64,000 bases of DNA, taken from an uncultured Alphaproteobacteria bacterium (GTDB lineage Bacteria > Electryoneota > RPQS01). The DNA lies in assembly GCA_964530625.1 (NCBI GenBank), contig CAZHAK010000002.1, forward strand, positions 106,756 to 170,755, given 5' to 3'. How positions within the stretch are numbered: position 1 is the stretch's first letter; each line of letters begins with the position of its first letter. The translations under genes were made by a program, and so were the position numbers. Below the pieces are notes generated by a model. That model ran no database searches, had not been told where the DNA came from, and worked only from the letters and a program-made list of their open reading frames with translations. Shown here piece by piece: positions 30,334-39,831 of this stretch.

Positions 30334-30364
30334 GAAGCCCGGTCACTGTCGTGACCGGGCTTCT
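30334..30364. terminator. bidirectional terminator between convergent genes
   Basis: GAAGCCCGGTCAC..GTGACCGGGCTTC. Confidence 0.6.
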
Positions 30365-30383
30365 TATTGAAACGGGATTGGGT

Positions 30384-31661
30384 TTACGCGCCCGCGAGTT
30401 TCTTCAGAGCTGGCAAGCTGATGGACTTGGGCCGTTGAATCGCTTCACCCCAGCCGCGGCTCATCACGAGTTGTGACGTCATACCCATGGCGCGCGAGAC
30501 TCCGAACATCACGGTGTAGTAGCGGGGTTGAGTGACACCAAAATGGTGGAGTAGACTTCCGGAAATCGAATCAACGTTCGGCCACGGATTCTTGATCTTC
30601 TGAACTCCCTTCAGAACATCAGGCACGACATTGAAGACCTGTTCGGCAAGTTTAAAAACGGGAGCATTCGGGCATTCTTTCTTTCCGAACTCAAGGAATG
30701 CGGTGAAACGCGGGTCAACCACTCGCAAGACGGCGTGACCGTAGCCGGGAATGACTCGGCCGCTTTGGAGCGTCTCTGTGGCGAAGGTATTCAATTGCGA
30801 GTCGGTCGGATTGCCATTGAACTCTTCGAGTACGTCGAGCATCCAACGAAGCACTTCCTGATTCGCCAAACCGTGCAGCGGACCAGCCAGACCATTGAGT
30901 CCTGCGCTGACGGCATAGTAAACATCAGATAGTGCCGAACCCACACAGTGCGCAGCATGTGCGGACACGTTGCCGCTCTCATGGTCGGTGTGAAGGGTCA
31001 TGTAAAGACGCATCAGCCGCTTTAAGCCACCGTCTTTATCCTCGACGCCCATCATGTACGCATAGGATTCCGCCCAGTCCATACCAGCCTTAGGTTCGAT
31101 GCGAGCGCCCAAATCATAGCGCCAGCGATAGACGCCTGCCGCCAGTTCTGGAAGTTTTGCAACGAGGTTCAAGCTGTCTTCCAACGTCCACTTCCAGTAT
31201 TCGTCCTTGCCCATACCTTCGCCATAGCGGCGGCGAAACTCGGAGTCGCGTTCCAACGCCAGAATCAGCAGATTGAAAACGGCCATCGGGTGGCTATCTT
31301 TAGGAAGCGCTTCCATAGCATTCCAGACGAAGGCGGGGACCCCACGGCGTTTCTCAAGCTCAGCCTGAAAATCTTTGAGTTCAGCTTTCGTTGGCAGTTC
31401 GCCCACGAGGAGCAGCCAGTAAATTTCTTCAGGTAACTTGTCCGTCAATTCCGTTAAGGGAAATCCGCGGATTATCAATCCCTGGTCTGCGGGAACTTCG
31501 GAGGTGTCGCAGAGCAGCGACGTTATGCCTCTTTGGCCACCCAGCAGCGCGCCTACGGTTACTTTATCAATCACCGTGTCGCCATGAGACTTGGCCAGTG
31601 ATCTTACAGCTTCCTGATAGGCTGGAATAGTTTTCGACAGTTTGTCGTGAATCATTGACAT
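30384..31661 (-). CDS. citrate synthase
   Basis: GYGHAVLR, 425 aa. Confidence 0.9.
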   Translation of the reverse strand: MSMIHDKLSKTIPAYQEAVRSLAKSHGDTVIDKVTVGALLGGQRGITSLLCDTSEVPADQGLIIRGFPLTELTDKLPEEIYWLLLVGELPTKAELKDFQAELEKRRGVPAFVWNAMEALPKDSHPMAVFNLLILALERDSEFRRRYGEGMGKDEYWKWTLEDSLNLVAKLPELAAGVYRWRYDLGARIEPKAGMDWAESYAYMMGVEDKDGGLKRLMRLYMTLHTDHESGNVSAHAAHCVGSALSDVYYAVSAGLNGLAGPLHGLANQEVLRWMLDVLEEFNGNPTDSQLNTFATETLQSGRVIPGYGHAVLRVVDPRFTAFLEFGKKECPNAPVFKLAEQVFNVVPDVLKGVQKIKNPWPNVDSISGSLLHHFGVTQPRYYTVMFGVSRAMGMTSQLVMSRGWGEAIQRPKSISLPALKKLAGA

Positions 31662-31985
31662 AAATTAAAGTCCTGCATTGGTAAGATCTATAGAAAAATG
31701 AAGAAGATTCCTTAGTTATAGTATCGTCAAATGCACGCTTATAGTCAACAGTTATTTTTTCGCAAGTTTGTGACTAAAATAACAAAACAGTTCACTTACG
31801 AGTTTGAGGCAGCCAAAAATAGAGGAGGCATGCGCAAATTAATGAAAGTGTCTAGGCGTCAGGTCAATTCTCATACGTTGACCTACTCATCGATTGCATA
31901 AATATCTATTCCTGTTAAAGTTATAAAATCAACTTGATGCTATAAAGCTACGGGTAATAGAGGATTTTCGTTGCGGTTTTGACTG

Positions 31986-33332
31986 ATGTTCCGTATTTTG
32001 TCAAGATATCAGATTATGACGACCACAACCATCCTCATCGTGCTTGCCGCTATTCTTGCGGCCACAATTCTGCTTGCGCTCCAGCTTTCTCGACTGAGTC
32101 GCCGTACGGAGTCCGAGCGGGATTCTGCGGCTGCTCTGGCGACGCGAATGAGTTTACTGCAAGATAGTGTGGAGCGGGCGCGGCAAGAGAGCCAGAAAAC
32201 AGTGTCGGACGAGCTGCGCGAGACCCGTCGCGATCTCTCCAAAGAGCAGGAAATCGCTCGTAAAGAGGTCAAGGATAGTTTAGAGGTATTCCGGAGTAGT
32301 CTGGAAAGCCTGCGCTCAACTCTCTCTGATGATCAGACCAAAGCGCGCACCGAGTCACGGGAGACTTTGGAAAAAAGCGTGACGGCTCTGACGGATCAGT
32401 TCGGCAAGCTGCAAGTTTCCAATGAACAGAAACTCGGCGAGATTCAGAAGCGGGTGGACGAGAAGCTCTCCGAGACGATTACCCGCAACGATAGCTTGTT
32501 CAAGGGTGTGACGGAGCGGCTGAACGCGCTTCACGCGACCAATGAAAAGATTCAGAGGTTTTCGCAGGAGCTTGAGGAGCTACAACACATTCTGAAGGCT
32601 CCAAATCTTCGCGGGGAATTGGGCGAGATAGAAATGGAGCGGATGCTCAGGGATTGTCTGCACCCCGAGCAATTCGAGATTCAATACACATTACCGGGCG
32701 GGCGAGTGGATGCCGTGATCAAGAATCCACAGGGTGTTCTTCCGGTGGACAGCAAGTTTCCATTGGAAGCCTTCAATCGACTGCGAGCTGCGGCAAGCGA
32801 AGCGGAAGCGGCTACAGCACGGAAAGAATTTTCGCGCGGGGTGAAAAAGCATGTGGATGATATCGCGCAGAAATATATTTCGCCACCGGAAACGCTTTTG
32901 TTCGCGGTGATGTATGTTCCGGCTGAAGGAGTCTATTACGAGCTACTCTCGACTCCCGAGTTAATGGAATATGCCCGCAAGAAAGGGGTCTTCCCGACAT
33001 CGCCGACTTCATTCTGGGCGCTTTTGCAAGTCACGTTGATCGGGTTCAAAGGGATGAAAATCTCGGAAGACGCGCGGCGAATCACGGGATTGATTGCGGC
33101 ACTGGGAGATGACTTAGGCAAACTTCGAACGAGCTTTGAGAAAGCCTCGACTCAAGTTCGGCAGGCGAGTAAGAATATGGATGACGCCGGAAGGGAATTG
33201 GACAAAGTGGAGCGCAAGGTCGAGGGGATTCAGCACGAAAGCAATCCTGACGAGCTTTCGACAGGAATCGTGGGAGCTTTGAGTAGACCAACGGAACGGC
33301 AAACGGCAGGCGAGTCACCTTGGGAACCGTAG
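31986..33332 (+). CDS. rmuC: DNA recombination protein RmuC
   Basis: N-terminal TM, long coiled coil, C-terminal RmuC nuclease-like region; alternative start 32016. Confidence 0.75.
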   Translation: MFRILSRYQIMTTTTILIVLAAILAATILLALQLSRLSRRTESERDSAAALATRMSLLQDSVERARQESQKTVSDELRETRRDLSKEQEIARKEVKDSLEVFRSSLESLRSTLSDDQTKARTESRETLEKSVTALTDQFGKLQVSNEQKLGEIQKRVDEKLSETITRNDSLFKGVTERLNALHATNEKIQRFSQELEELQHILKAPNLRGELGEIEMERMLRDCLHPEQFEIQYTLPGGRVDAVIKNPQGVLPVDSKFPLEAFNRLRAAASEAEAATARKEFSRGVKKHVDDIAQKYISPPETLLFAVMYVPAEGVYYELLSTPELMEYARKKGVFPTSPTSFWALLQVTLIGFKGMKISEDARRITGLIAALGDDLGKLRTSFEKASTQVRQASKNMDDAGRELDKVERKVEGIQHESNPDELSTGIVGALSRPTERQTAGESPWEP

Positions 33333-33898
33333 GACACACAAGACCCGTTCCGGATCCGAATCAATTTGAGCTGTTCAGCGTAGCGGCGCAGAATCCGCCA
33401 CAGGTCGCCAGTGACTCTTCCGTGAAAACAAGGAGAGGCCCGAGGCACCAGCCGCACGGATTAGTCTATGACCTGCAAAACCATTTTGACGTCATTAACG
33501 AAGTAATGTTCAAACGGGAGATTTTACAGCCCGTGATTCGCTGGAGTCGTAATCGTTGGCGCTATACCTTAGGACTATGCGACGTCGAAAAACGCGTGAT
33601 CACGATGAACACGGCGCTCGACGACGCGCGAATACCAGAGATGGTCGTAGCCGGTGTGATGCACCATGAGATACTACATCTGTATTTCGGCATCACCGAA
33701 GGCCCGAATGGAGGGAGGCGGTTTCACACTCCCGAGTTTCGTGCGGCGGAAAAACTCTTTCCTGCCTATTTGGCGGTTGAAGAGTGGCTGCGCGACCATT
33801 GGCCCTTACGCGGACGCCCAGCGCGCAAGCCGCGTTCAACATCGGGCGGATTCTTGTCCTACCTTTCGATGATGCACGGCACGCCTGCGGAGAGATAG
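33320..33898 (+). CDS. SprT-like/DUF45 zinc metallopeptidase
   Basis: HHEILHLY HExxH motif in SprT-like context. Confidence 0.55.
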   Translation: MGTVGHTRPVPDPNQFELFSVAAQNPPQVASDSSVKTRRGPRHQPHGLVYDLQNHFDVINEVMFKREILQPVIRWSRNRWRYTLGLCDVEKRVITMNTALDDARIPEMVVAGVMHHEILHLYFGITEGPNGGRRFHTPEFRAAEKLFPAYLAVEEWLRDHWPLRGRPARKPRSTSGGFLSYLSMMHGTPAER

Positions 33899-33899
33899 C

Positions 33900-34361
33900 T
33901 TATACGTAGAGGCTTGGATTTCGTTCGACGCTCCACTCTGCACCGGGTACTCCATTGATCGTGAAGGATGCGGTAAACGGCACGGATCGGTCGAGCGAGA
34001 GCGATACGGCACAGTATTTTGTGAGTGACAGAGTGAGGGCTTTTTCGACGGAATCTGGTGTCAGGTCTTGTCCGTCGAGTTGAGCATGAAAGTGCAGCGA
34101 GGTAAGTCTACGCGGATGAGTTTCGGCACGGGTCGCTTGCACTTCCATATCAAAACGTGTGAATGTCTTGCGGCTTTTGCCGAGGATGAAGACCATGTCC
34201 ATGCTGACGCAGCCACCGCACGCGAGGACCAGGGCCTCAAAAGGTGAATTTGCTCCATTCGTGCCTCCCGAAACGGGGCCGGCATCGAAGGGAACCCAGT
34301 GATTTGAATCAGCTTTAGCCAGAAAAGCCATCTGGCCAGTGTGCCTAAGGAGCACTTTCAA
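33900..34361 (-). CDS. OsmC/Ohr family peroxiredoxin-like protein
   Basis: Paired Cys (ACGGC...CAVS), 153 aa. Confidence 0.7.
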   Translation of the reverse strand: MKVLLRHTGQMAFLAKADSNHWVPFDAGPVSGGTNGANSPFEALVLACGGCVSMDMVFILGKSRKTFTRFDMEVQATRAETHPRRLTSLHFHAQLDGQDLTPDSVEKALTLSLTKYCAVSLSLDRSVPFTASFTINGVPGAEWSVERNPSLYV

Positions 34362-34372
34362 GGGAACCTCCT

Positions 34373-36232
34373 GTGGGGTTTAGGTGTATTAGTAAGGTGA
34401 CAAAAAACAATAAAAAACGCAATCGTATGACTTGGTTGGCTCGGTACATTTTTGTCTTTGGGCTTATTTTCACGAGCGGACTAGCGACCGCACAACCTGA
34501 TGAGGGTGACGCAAGTTCACCTGGCGTACCCGTGCGCGCGGTGTGGAGCACAAATGCTATTGCAGCAGGCGGGCAATCCGAACTGGGGCTTGTCTTCAGC
34601 GTTCCCCGCAAGCATCATATAACGGATGCGGACTTCGGTCTGTTCTATGTTGAGGTCGCGGACACGTTAGGATTAACATTCGGTGAACCGATATTCCCAA
34701 AAGGCGTTCCGCTCAAAGACGAAGTTTGCTATCGCGGTGAAGTCTTGTTGCGTGTTCCGGTTACCGCCGGCGCCGATGCCTTAGTCGGGACACACGCGAT
34801 CACCGTCGAAGCGGGTTACCAAATTTGCAAGGAGACGGATCCGGAAATCTGTTACTTGCCAGAAAGCAAAACTCTCACGGCCAACACGGTGATTGTCGTC
34901 GCAGGCACTAATATCGTTGCCGCCAACGAGAAAATCTTCTTCGGCGGAAGTGATAGTGGTATTGAGGTCACGGAAGAACCCAAGGGTATCGAAGCCCGGC
35001 TTATGGCTGCGCTGGCTAAAGGCTCTTGGACGGCGTTCATGGTCGCGTTCCTCGGCGGAATTCTTGCAAGTTTCACGCCGTGCGTTTATCCGGTGATTCC
35101 AATCACAATCGGCTATATCGGCGGAGCCAGCGCGGGCAAACCATTACGCGGGTTGTGGCTATCTTTTATATTCGCATTGGGTATCGCGATTGTTTACAGC
35201 ACGCTGGGTCTGTTTGCGGCTGCGACTGGGACATTGTTCGGCTCTATATCCGGATCACCCGTGGTGAACATCGTGATTGCCGTCGTGTTTGGCTTGATGG
35301 GAATCAGTATGTTGGGCGCGTTTGATATTGCTTTGCCGTCGGCTCTGCAAACCAGTTTAGTCGGAGGCTCAACCAAGAAGGGCTTATTCGGCCCGCTCTT
35401 GTTGGGCATGGCTTCGGGGTTAGTAATGGCGCCGTGTGTTGGTCCGGTGATCGTCGCGCTGTTAGCTTGGGTCGCTCAAACGGGAGATTTGTTTTACGGT
35501 TGGGCGCTTTTGTTTGCGTTCTCGTTGGGGCTTGGTTTGCTATTCTTGGTGATTGGCACGTTTGCCGGAGCGATTCAGGCTCTACCGCGTGCAGGCTCGT
35601 GGATGGAAGTTGTCAAGAAGGGCTTTGGTTGGGTGTTGCTCGCGGGCGCGCTTTATATGCTAAGATTGACAATTCCCATCTCACTTTACTATGCTTGTTG
35701 GTCTATCCTGCTGATTACGTTTTCAGTATTTTCCGGGGCGTTTGATTCATTGACGGAAGATGCGACACCGCGAAGACGGCTGGGTAAAGCTCTGACACTG
35801 TTTATATTTTTGGTTGGCGGCATTTTCCTGTTTAAATCATTCTACCCGGAAGGCATCGGCTTGAATGCGGCCAGTGGAGGTTCTCAGGAACTTGAGTGGA
35901 TGATTAATCAGGAGGAGGAAGCAATTAGCCTTTCCTCCGCCAGCGGAAAGCCCGTGCTGATCGATGTTTATGCCGATTGGTGCGTGGCTTGTGTGGAGCT
36001 TGATGAGAAGACGTGGATTGTTCCGAACGTCCAAAGCCGTGTGGACGACTTTGTTCGTTTGAAGCTGGATTTTACGAAGGAAACTCCGTGGGTTTCCGAA
36101 ATGAAAAAGAAATACAAGATAACGGGAATGCCAACGGTCATACTGCAGGATGGAGAGCGTGAAATCACGCGCTTCACGGGTTTCAAGACTGCGGATAAAT
36201 TCATTGCACTTCTCGATCAGCACAACTTATAA
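34373..36232 (+). CDS. dsbD: thiol:disulfide interchange protein DsbD
   Basis: N-terminal periplasmic domain, CcdA-like TM core (two Cys), C-terminal thioredoxin WCVAC; alternative start 34427. Confidence 0.8.
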   Translation: MGFRCISKVTKNNKKRNRMTWLARYIFVFGLIFTSGLATAQPDEGDASSPGVPVRAVWSTNAIAAGGQSELGLVFSVPRKHHITDADFGLFYVEVADTLGLTFGEPIFPKGVPLKDEVCYRGEVLLRVPVTAGADALVGTHAITVEAGYQICKETDPEICYLPESKTLTANTVIVVAGTNIVAANEKIFFGGSDSGIEVTEEPKGIEARLMAALAKGSWTAFMVAFLGGILASFTPCVYPVIPITIGYIGGASAGKPLRGLWLSFIFALGIAIVYSTLGLFAAATGTLFGSISGSPVVNIVIAVVFGLMGISMLGAFDIALPSALQTSLVGGSTKKGLFGPLLLGMASGLVMAPCVGPVIVALLAWVAQTGDLFYGWALLFAFSLGLGLLFLVIGTFAGAIQALPRAGSWMEVVKKGFGWVLLAGALYMLRLTIPISLYYACWSILLITFSVFSGAFDSLTEDATPRRRLGKALTLFIFLVGGIFLFKSFYPEGIGLNAASGGSQELEWMINQEEEAISLSSASGKPVLIDVYADWCVACVELDEKTWIVPNVQSRVDDFVRLKLDFTKETPWVSEMKKKYKITGMPTVILQDGEREITRFTGFKTADKFIALLDQHNL

Positions 36233-36259
36233 CAGAATTGCCTCAGAAAAGGAGACGAT

Positions 36260-36586
36260 GTGTCCAGTCTGGTCAATGTGACAGATTCAAACTTTGAAGA
36301 AAAGATTTTACGAGCGGATCGCCTTGCGGTATTGGATTTCGGAGCCGAATGGTGCGCGCCGTGCAAGAAGGTTCACGCAATGCTGAAGGAGCTCGCCCCC
36401 GATTGGGAAGAGAAGGCGATCATCGGCGAGATTGATATTGCGGCGAATCCGGAAGTTCCAAGGAAATACGGGGTGCTGAATATTCCGCAAGTACTGTTTT
36501 TCAAGAACGGTCAGTTGGTTGAAACCGTGACGGGTGTGTTACCCAAGGCGAAGCTTGAAGAGAAGTTTCGCAATCACGCGCAATAG
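36260..36586 (+). CDS. thioredoxin (CAPC active-site variant)
   Basis: WCAPC motif, 108 aa, no signal peptide. Confidence 0.8.
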   Translation: MSSLVNVTDSNFEEKILRADRLAVLDFGAEWCAPCKKVHAMLKELAPDWEEKAIIGEIDIAANPEVPRKYGVLNIPQVLFFKNGQLVETVTGVLPKAKLEEKFRNHAQ

Positions 36587-36611
36587 TCCGCAATCACAGT
36601 TTACAAACTGA

Positions 36612-36648
36612 ACGGGGTCGCTTCGTTATGCGGCCCCGTTTAATTTTG
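36612..36648. terminator. bidirectional terminator
   Basis: AACGGGGTCGC..GCGGCCCCGTTTAATTTT. Confidence 0.55.
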
Positions 36649-36668
36649 CAACAAATCAATCACGGTTA

Positions 36669-37151
36669 TTATTTCTTAGCCTTCTTTGTCGCGCTCTTCT
36701 TGGCGGGTGACTTTGCGGTCGCGGTCTTCGTTGTCGCAGGTTTCGCTGCTTTCTTCGCCACTTTCTTAGCCGCTTTCTTCACAGGCTCAGCCTTTTTGGC
36801 CGGAGCCTTTTTCTCTGCCGCTTTCTTGGCAGCTTCAGGCTTGGGCTTATTAGCGACAGGTTTTGGTTTTTCAACGGGCTTCACATAAGGTCTAGGTTTT
36901 TCCGCAGCGGGTGTTTGAGCCTGACTCACAAATGTTTCGCCCGTCAATAAGCTAATTTCCTGTTTCAGCTTTTCGATTTTTCCTTCGAGCCGGTCTTTGA
37001 CTTTGACAATCTCACGATTCATCGCGCTCATATGTCCTGCTCCAAGCATGGCACCCAGTTTCCATTTGCCGGACGCAGCGTGCAGTTCCCTTTCAGCCAT
37101 CAACAGTTTGAGTCTTAACGAGCGTACTTTTTTCTCGAGTGTTTCATCCAT
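36669..37151 (-). CDS. histone H1-like Lys/Ala-rich (KAAK-repeat) protein with N-terminal coiled coil
   Basis: C-terminal 90 aa are AKK/PAKK repeats; the mirror ORF on the plus strand is an artefact of this low-complexity region. Confidence 0.55.
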   Translation of the reverse strand: MDETLEKKVRSLRLKLLMAERELHAASGKWKLGAMLGAGHMSAMNREIVKVKDRLEGKIEKLKQEISLLTGETFVSQAQTPAAEKPRPYVKPVEKPKPVANKPKPEAAKKAAEKKAPAKKAEPVKKAAKKVAKKAAKPATTKTATAKSPAKKSATKKAKK

Positions 37152-37195
37152 ATTAGATCCGTGCTTTCTGGTTGAGGGGTGATATTGCTCAACGA

Positions 37196-38506
37196 TTATT
37201 CAATGCAAAAATATGTCAGAGGGCGCGTCGGCGCATCCTCCGGTTGAATTTCAAATGCATTCGTGACGCGCTTGATGGCTGAGGTCGAATCGGCGCGATC
37301 AGACGACCATTGCAAACGGGCGAGCGTCTCGCCCTTGGTGACTTGTTCACCGCGCTGTTTTAGAAAAATGATTCCCGCCGAGTGATCAATTATGTCTGTT
37401 GATACTTTTCGTCCTGCGCAAACGTCCACCAAGGCTAATCCAATCTCACGCGGGTGAACCTCGTGAATACAACCATCATGCTGCGCGATGACATTGTGTG
37501 TGAAGCGTGCCGGAACGCCGGATTCAAATTCGGCCCAGACTGCGGAATCTGTGCCCTGCGCCTCGGCAATGCTGCGAAACCTGCGATAGCCTTTTCCGCT
37601 ACGCAGAAGAGTAAGGAAATCTTTCATCCCCTGTTCGATGTTTGTGCTTAAGTTTCCGAGCATGAGCATCGTGCCGCCGAGTAGTGCACACAGCTCAATC
37701 AGTCTCCTGTCGCCCTCACCCGACAGAAGAATCTCGAGACACTCTCGAACTTCGACCGCGTTGCCGGCGGTTTTGCCCAATGGCTCGTGCATGTCGGTGC
37801 CGTGAACAATGGTGGTGACATTATATGTCCGCGACCAACTCACCAATCGTTCGCTAAGTTCGCGCGCTTCTTCAGTTGACTTTAGGAAACCGCCGGGCCC
37901 GATTTTGACGTCCATAACCAGACCTTCTGTGCCTTCGGCAATTTTCTTGGATAGAATGCTTGCTGCAATCAGCGGCGGAATTGCCACGGTGGAAGTAACA
38001 TCACGCAACGCGTAAAGTCTTCTGTCTGCCGGCACGAGCGTATTCGTCTGTGCTCCGAACGCACAACCATGTTCTTTTAGAATACTTTCAAACTCTTTGT
38101 GAGAAAGCGCGACTCGCAAACCACGCAGACTTTCAAGTTTGTCAAGCGTGCCACCCGTGTGGCCGAGCGCACGTCCCGAAATCATGGGCACCGCAATTCC
38201 TGCTTCGGCAACCACGGGAGCAATAATAAGTGAGGTTTTGTCGCCGATGCCGCCGGTCGAGTGCTTGTCAATCTTCGGCTTGGGAATATCGGGAAATGAC
38301 AGCCGTTCACCAGAGCGGATCATCGCATCAAGAAATCTGCGTCCTTCGCGGTCCGTCACCCCGCGAAAGTAGATGGCCATGAGCAAGGCAGCCATCTGAT
38401 ACTCCGGAATTATTTCGCGCGCATACTCCAAGACGAGATAGTCAATCTCCTGATCGGATAGTTCGCCGCCACTCTGCTTGCGCGCAATAAGTTCCGAAAC
38501 CTGCAC
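37196..38506 (-). CDS. thymidine/pyrimidine-nucleoside phosphorylase
   Basis: HSTGGIGDKTSL, TGGTLDKLES motifs. Confidence 0.85.
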   Translation of the reverse strand: MQVSELIARKQSGGELSDQEIDYLVLEYAREIIPEYQMAALLMAIYFRGVTDREGRRFLDAMIRSGERLSFPDIPKPKIDKHSTGGIGDKTSLIIAPVVAEAGIAVPMISGRALGHTGGTLDKLESLRGLRVALSHKEFESILKEHGCAFGAQTNTLVPADRRLYALRDVTSTVAIPPLIAASILSKKIAEGTEGLVMDVKIGPGGFLKSTEEARELSERLVSWSRTYNVTTIVHGTDMHEPLGKTAGNAVEVRECLEILLSGEGDRRLIELCALLGGTMLMLGNLSTNIEQGMKDFLTLLRSGKGYRRFRSIAEAQGTDSAVWAEFESGVPARFTHNVIAQHDGCIHEVHPREIGLALVDVCAGRKVSTDIIDHSAGIIFLKQRGEQVTKGETLARLQWSSDRADSTSAIKRVTNAFEIQPEDAPTRPLTYFCIE

Positions 38507-38511
38507 GACCG

Positions 38512-39801
38512 TTAGCGGGCAGGCAGCATTGAGCCGTCGGGAATCACGGCGTCCTTTTCGACGATGACGATGCCGTCCCGGACGGAGTAGCCTTCGCCGT
38601 CATGGTCCGGAACATTGTCACCCGGATCAATTCGTACGCCGTATCCTATGCGAGCGTTTTTGTCGATGATCGCTTTGCGAATCACGGTATCGCCGCCTAT
38701 GCCCACATCCGGTCGACCTGTTTCTCTATTTTCGAGCATCGACTCGTTGGTTTCAAAATAATCCGCTCCGCAGATAATCGAGTCAATAATTTTTACTCCC
38801 GACTTTGAAATTGTGCGAGTGCCGAGAATAGAATGTTCGATTGCGCCATGTTCGATTCTGGATCCTGCGCAAATCAACACGCGCTTCAGATATACTTCGC
38901 GCATACTGGCGCCCGGGAGGAATCTTGGTCGAGTAAACAGGCGCAGACTTGAATCATGCAAACTAAAAGCGGGTTGCGGATCGGTTAAGGCGAGGTTCGC
39001 GTCGTAATAAGATTTAATAGTTCCAATATCTTCCCAGTAACCGCTGAAAGGATAGGCGTACACTCGATGAGTGTGGATGGCATTTGGAATCACATCTTTG
39101 CCAAAGTCAGAACCTGTATCCGGCGCAAGTAATTTCTCAATCGCTTCCCAGCGAATCATGTAAACTCCCATCGAGGCCATGACGACGGGTTCATCCGAGT
39201 CGAAGTTTTCAGAACGAAACATGCCACCTGAGAGCTCCCAACCTTTTATCTCATCAGCAGTCTTTGGTTTCTCTTTGAACTCAGTGATGCGTCCTTCATC
39301 ATTGACCTGCATGATACCGAAGCGCGCTGCGTCAACTATCGTGACAGGATAAGTCGCAATGGTGATGTCGGCACGTGAGCGGCGGTGCAGTGCGAGCATC
39401 CCGCGATAGTCCATCCAATAGATGTGATCACCAGAGAGAATCAGAACATCGCTTGGGCCGGAAGGTTTGATGTGGCGGAGATTCTTGCGCACGGCATCGG
39501 CGGTGCCTTGCAGCCAATCGCTGGTGTCAATCGTCTGCTCAGCTGCGAGGACCGTGACAAAACCGTCGCGAAAGGCGTCAAAGGCGTACGTCATCGACAC
39601 ATGACGATTCAGCGAAGCCGAGTTAAATTGAGTCACGACAAAAATTCTGCTTAGGTCGGAATGCAGGCAGTTTGAAACAGGAATATCAATCAAGCGATAC
39701 ATGCCGCCGAATGGAACGGCAGGCTTTGAACGTGGCTTGGTGAGCGGATGCAAACGAGTTCCTCGTCCACCACCCAAAATTACGGATACTACTCTGTCCA
39801 T
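38512..39801 (-). CDS. glgC: glucose-1-phosphate adenylyltransferase
   Basis: ILGGGRGTRLHPLT, left-handed beta-helix C-terminus. Confidence 0.85.
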   Translation of the reverse strand: MDRVVSVILGGGRGTRLHPLTKPRSKPAVPFGGMYRLIDIPVSNCLHSDLSRIFVVTQFNSASLNRHVSMTYAFDAFRDGFVTVLAAEQTIDTSDWLQGTADAVRKNLRHIKPSGPSDVLILSGDHIYWMDYRGMLALHRRSRADITIATYPVTIVDAARFGIMQVNDEGRITEFKEKPKTADEIKGWELSGGMFRSENFDSDEPVVMASMGVYMIRWEAIEKLLAPDTGSDFGKDVIPNAIHTHRVYAYPFSGYWEDIGTIKSYYDANLALTDPQPAFSLHDSSLRLFTRPRFLPGASMREVYLKRVLICAGSRIEHGAIEHSILGTRTISKSGVKIIDSIICGADYFETNESMLENRETGRPDVGIGGDTVIRKAIIDKNARIGYGVRIDPGDNVPDHDGEGYSVRDGIVIVEKDAVIPDGSMLPAR

Positions 39802-39831
39802 ATGATTTAACTATTCTCTTTTGAGTCAATG

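Noticed and set aside
36628-36888. 86-aa plus-strand ORF (FAAFF... repeats)
   Set aside because: Mirror-image artefact of the KAAK-repeat coding region on the minus strand.
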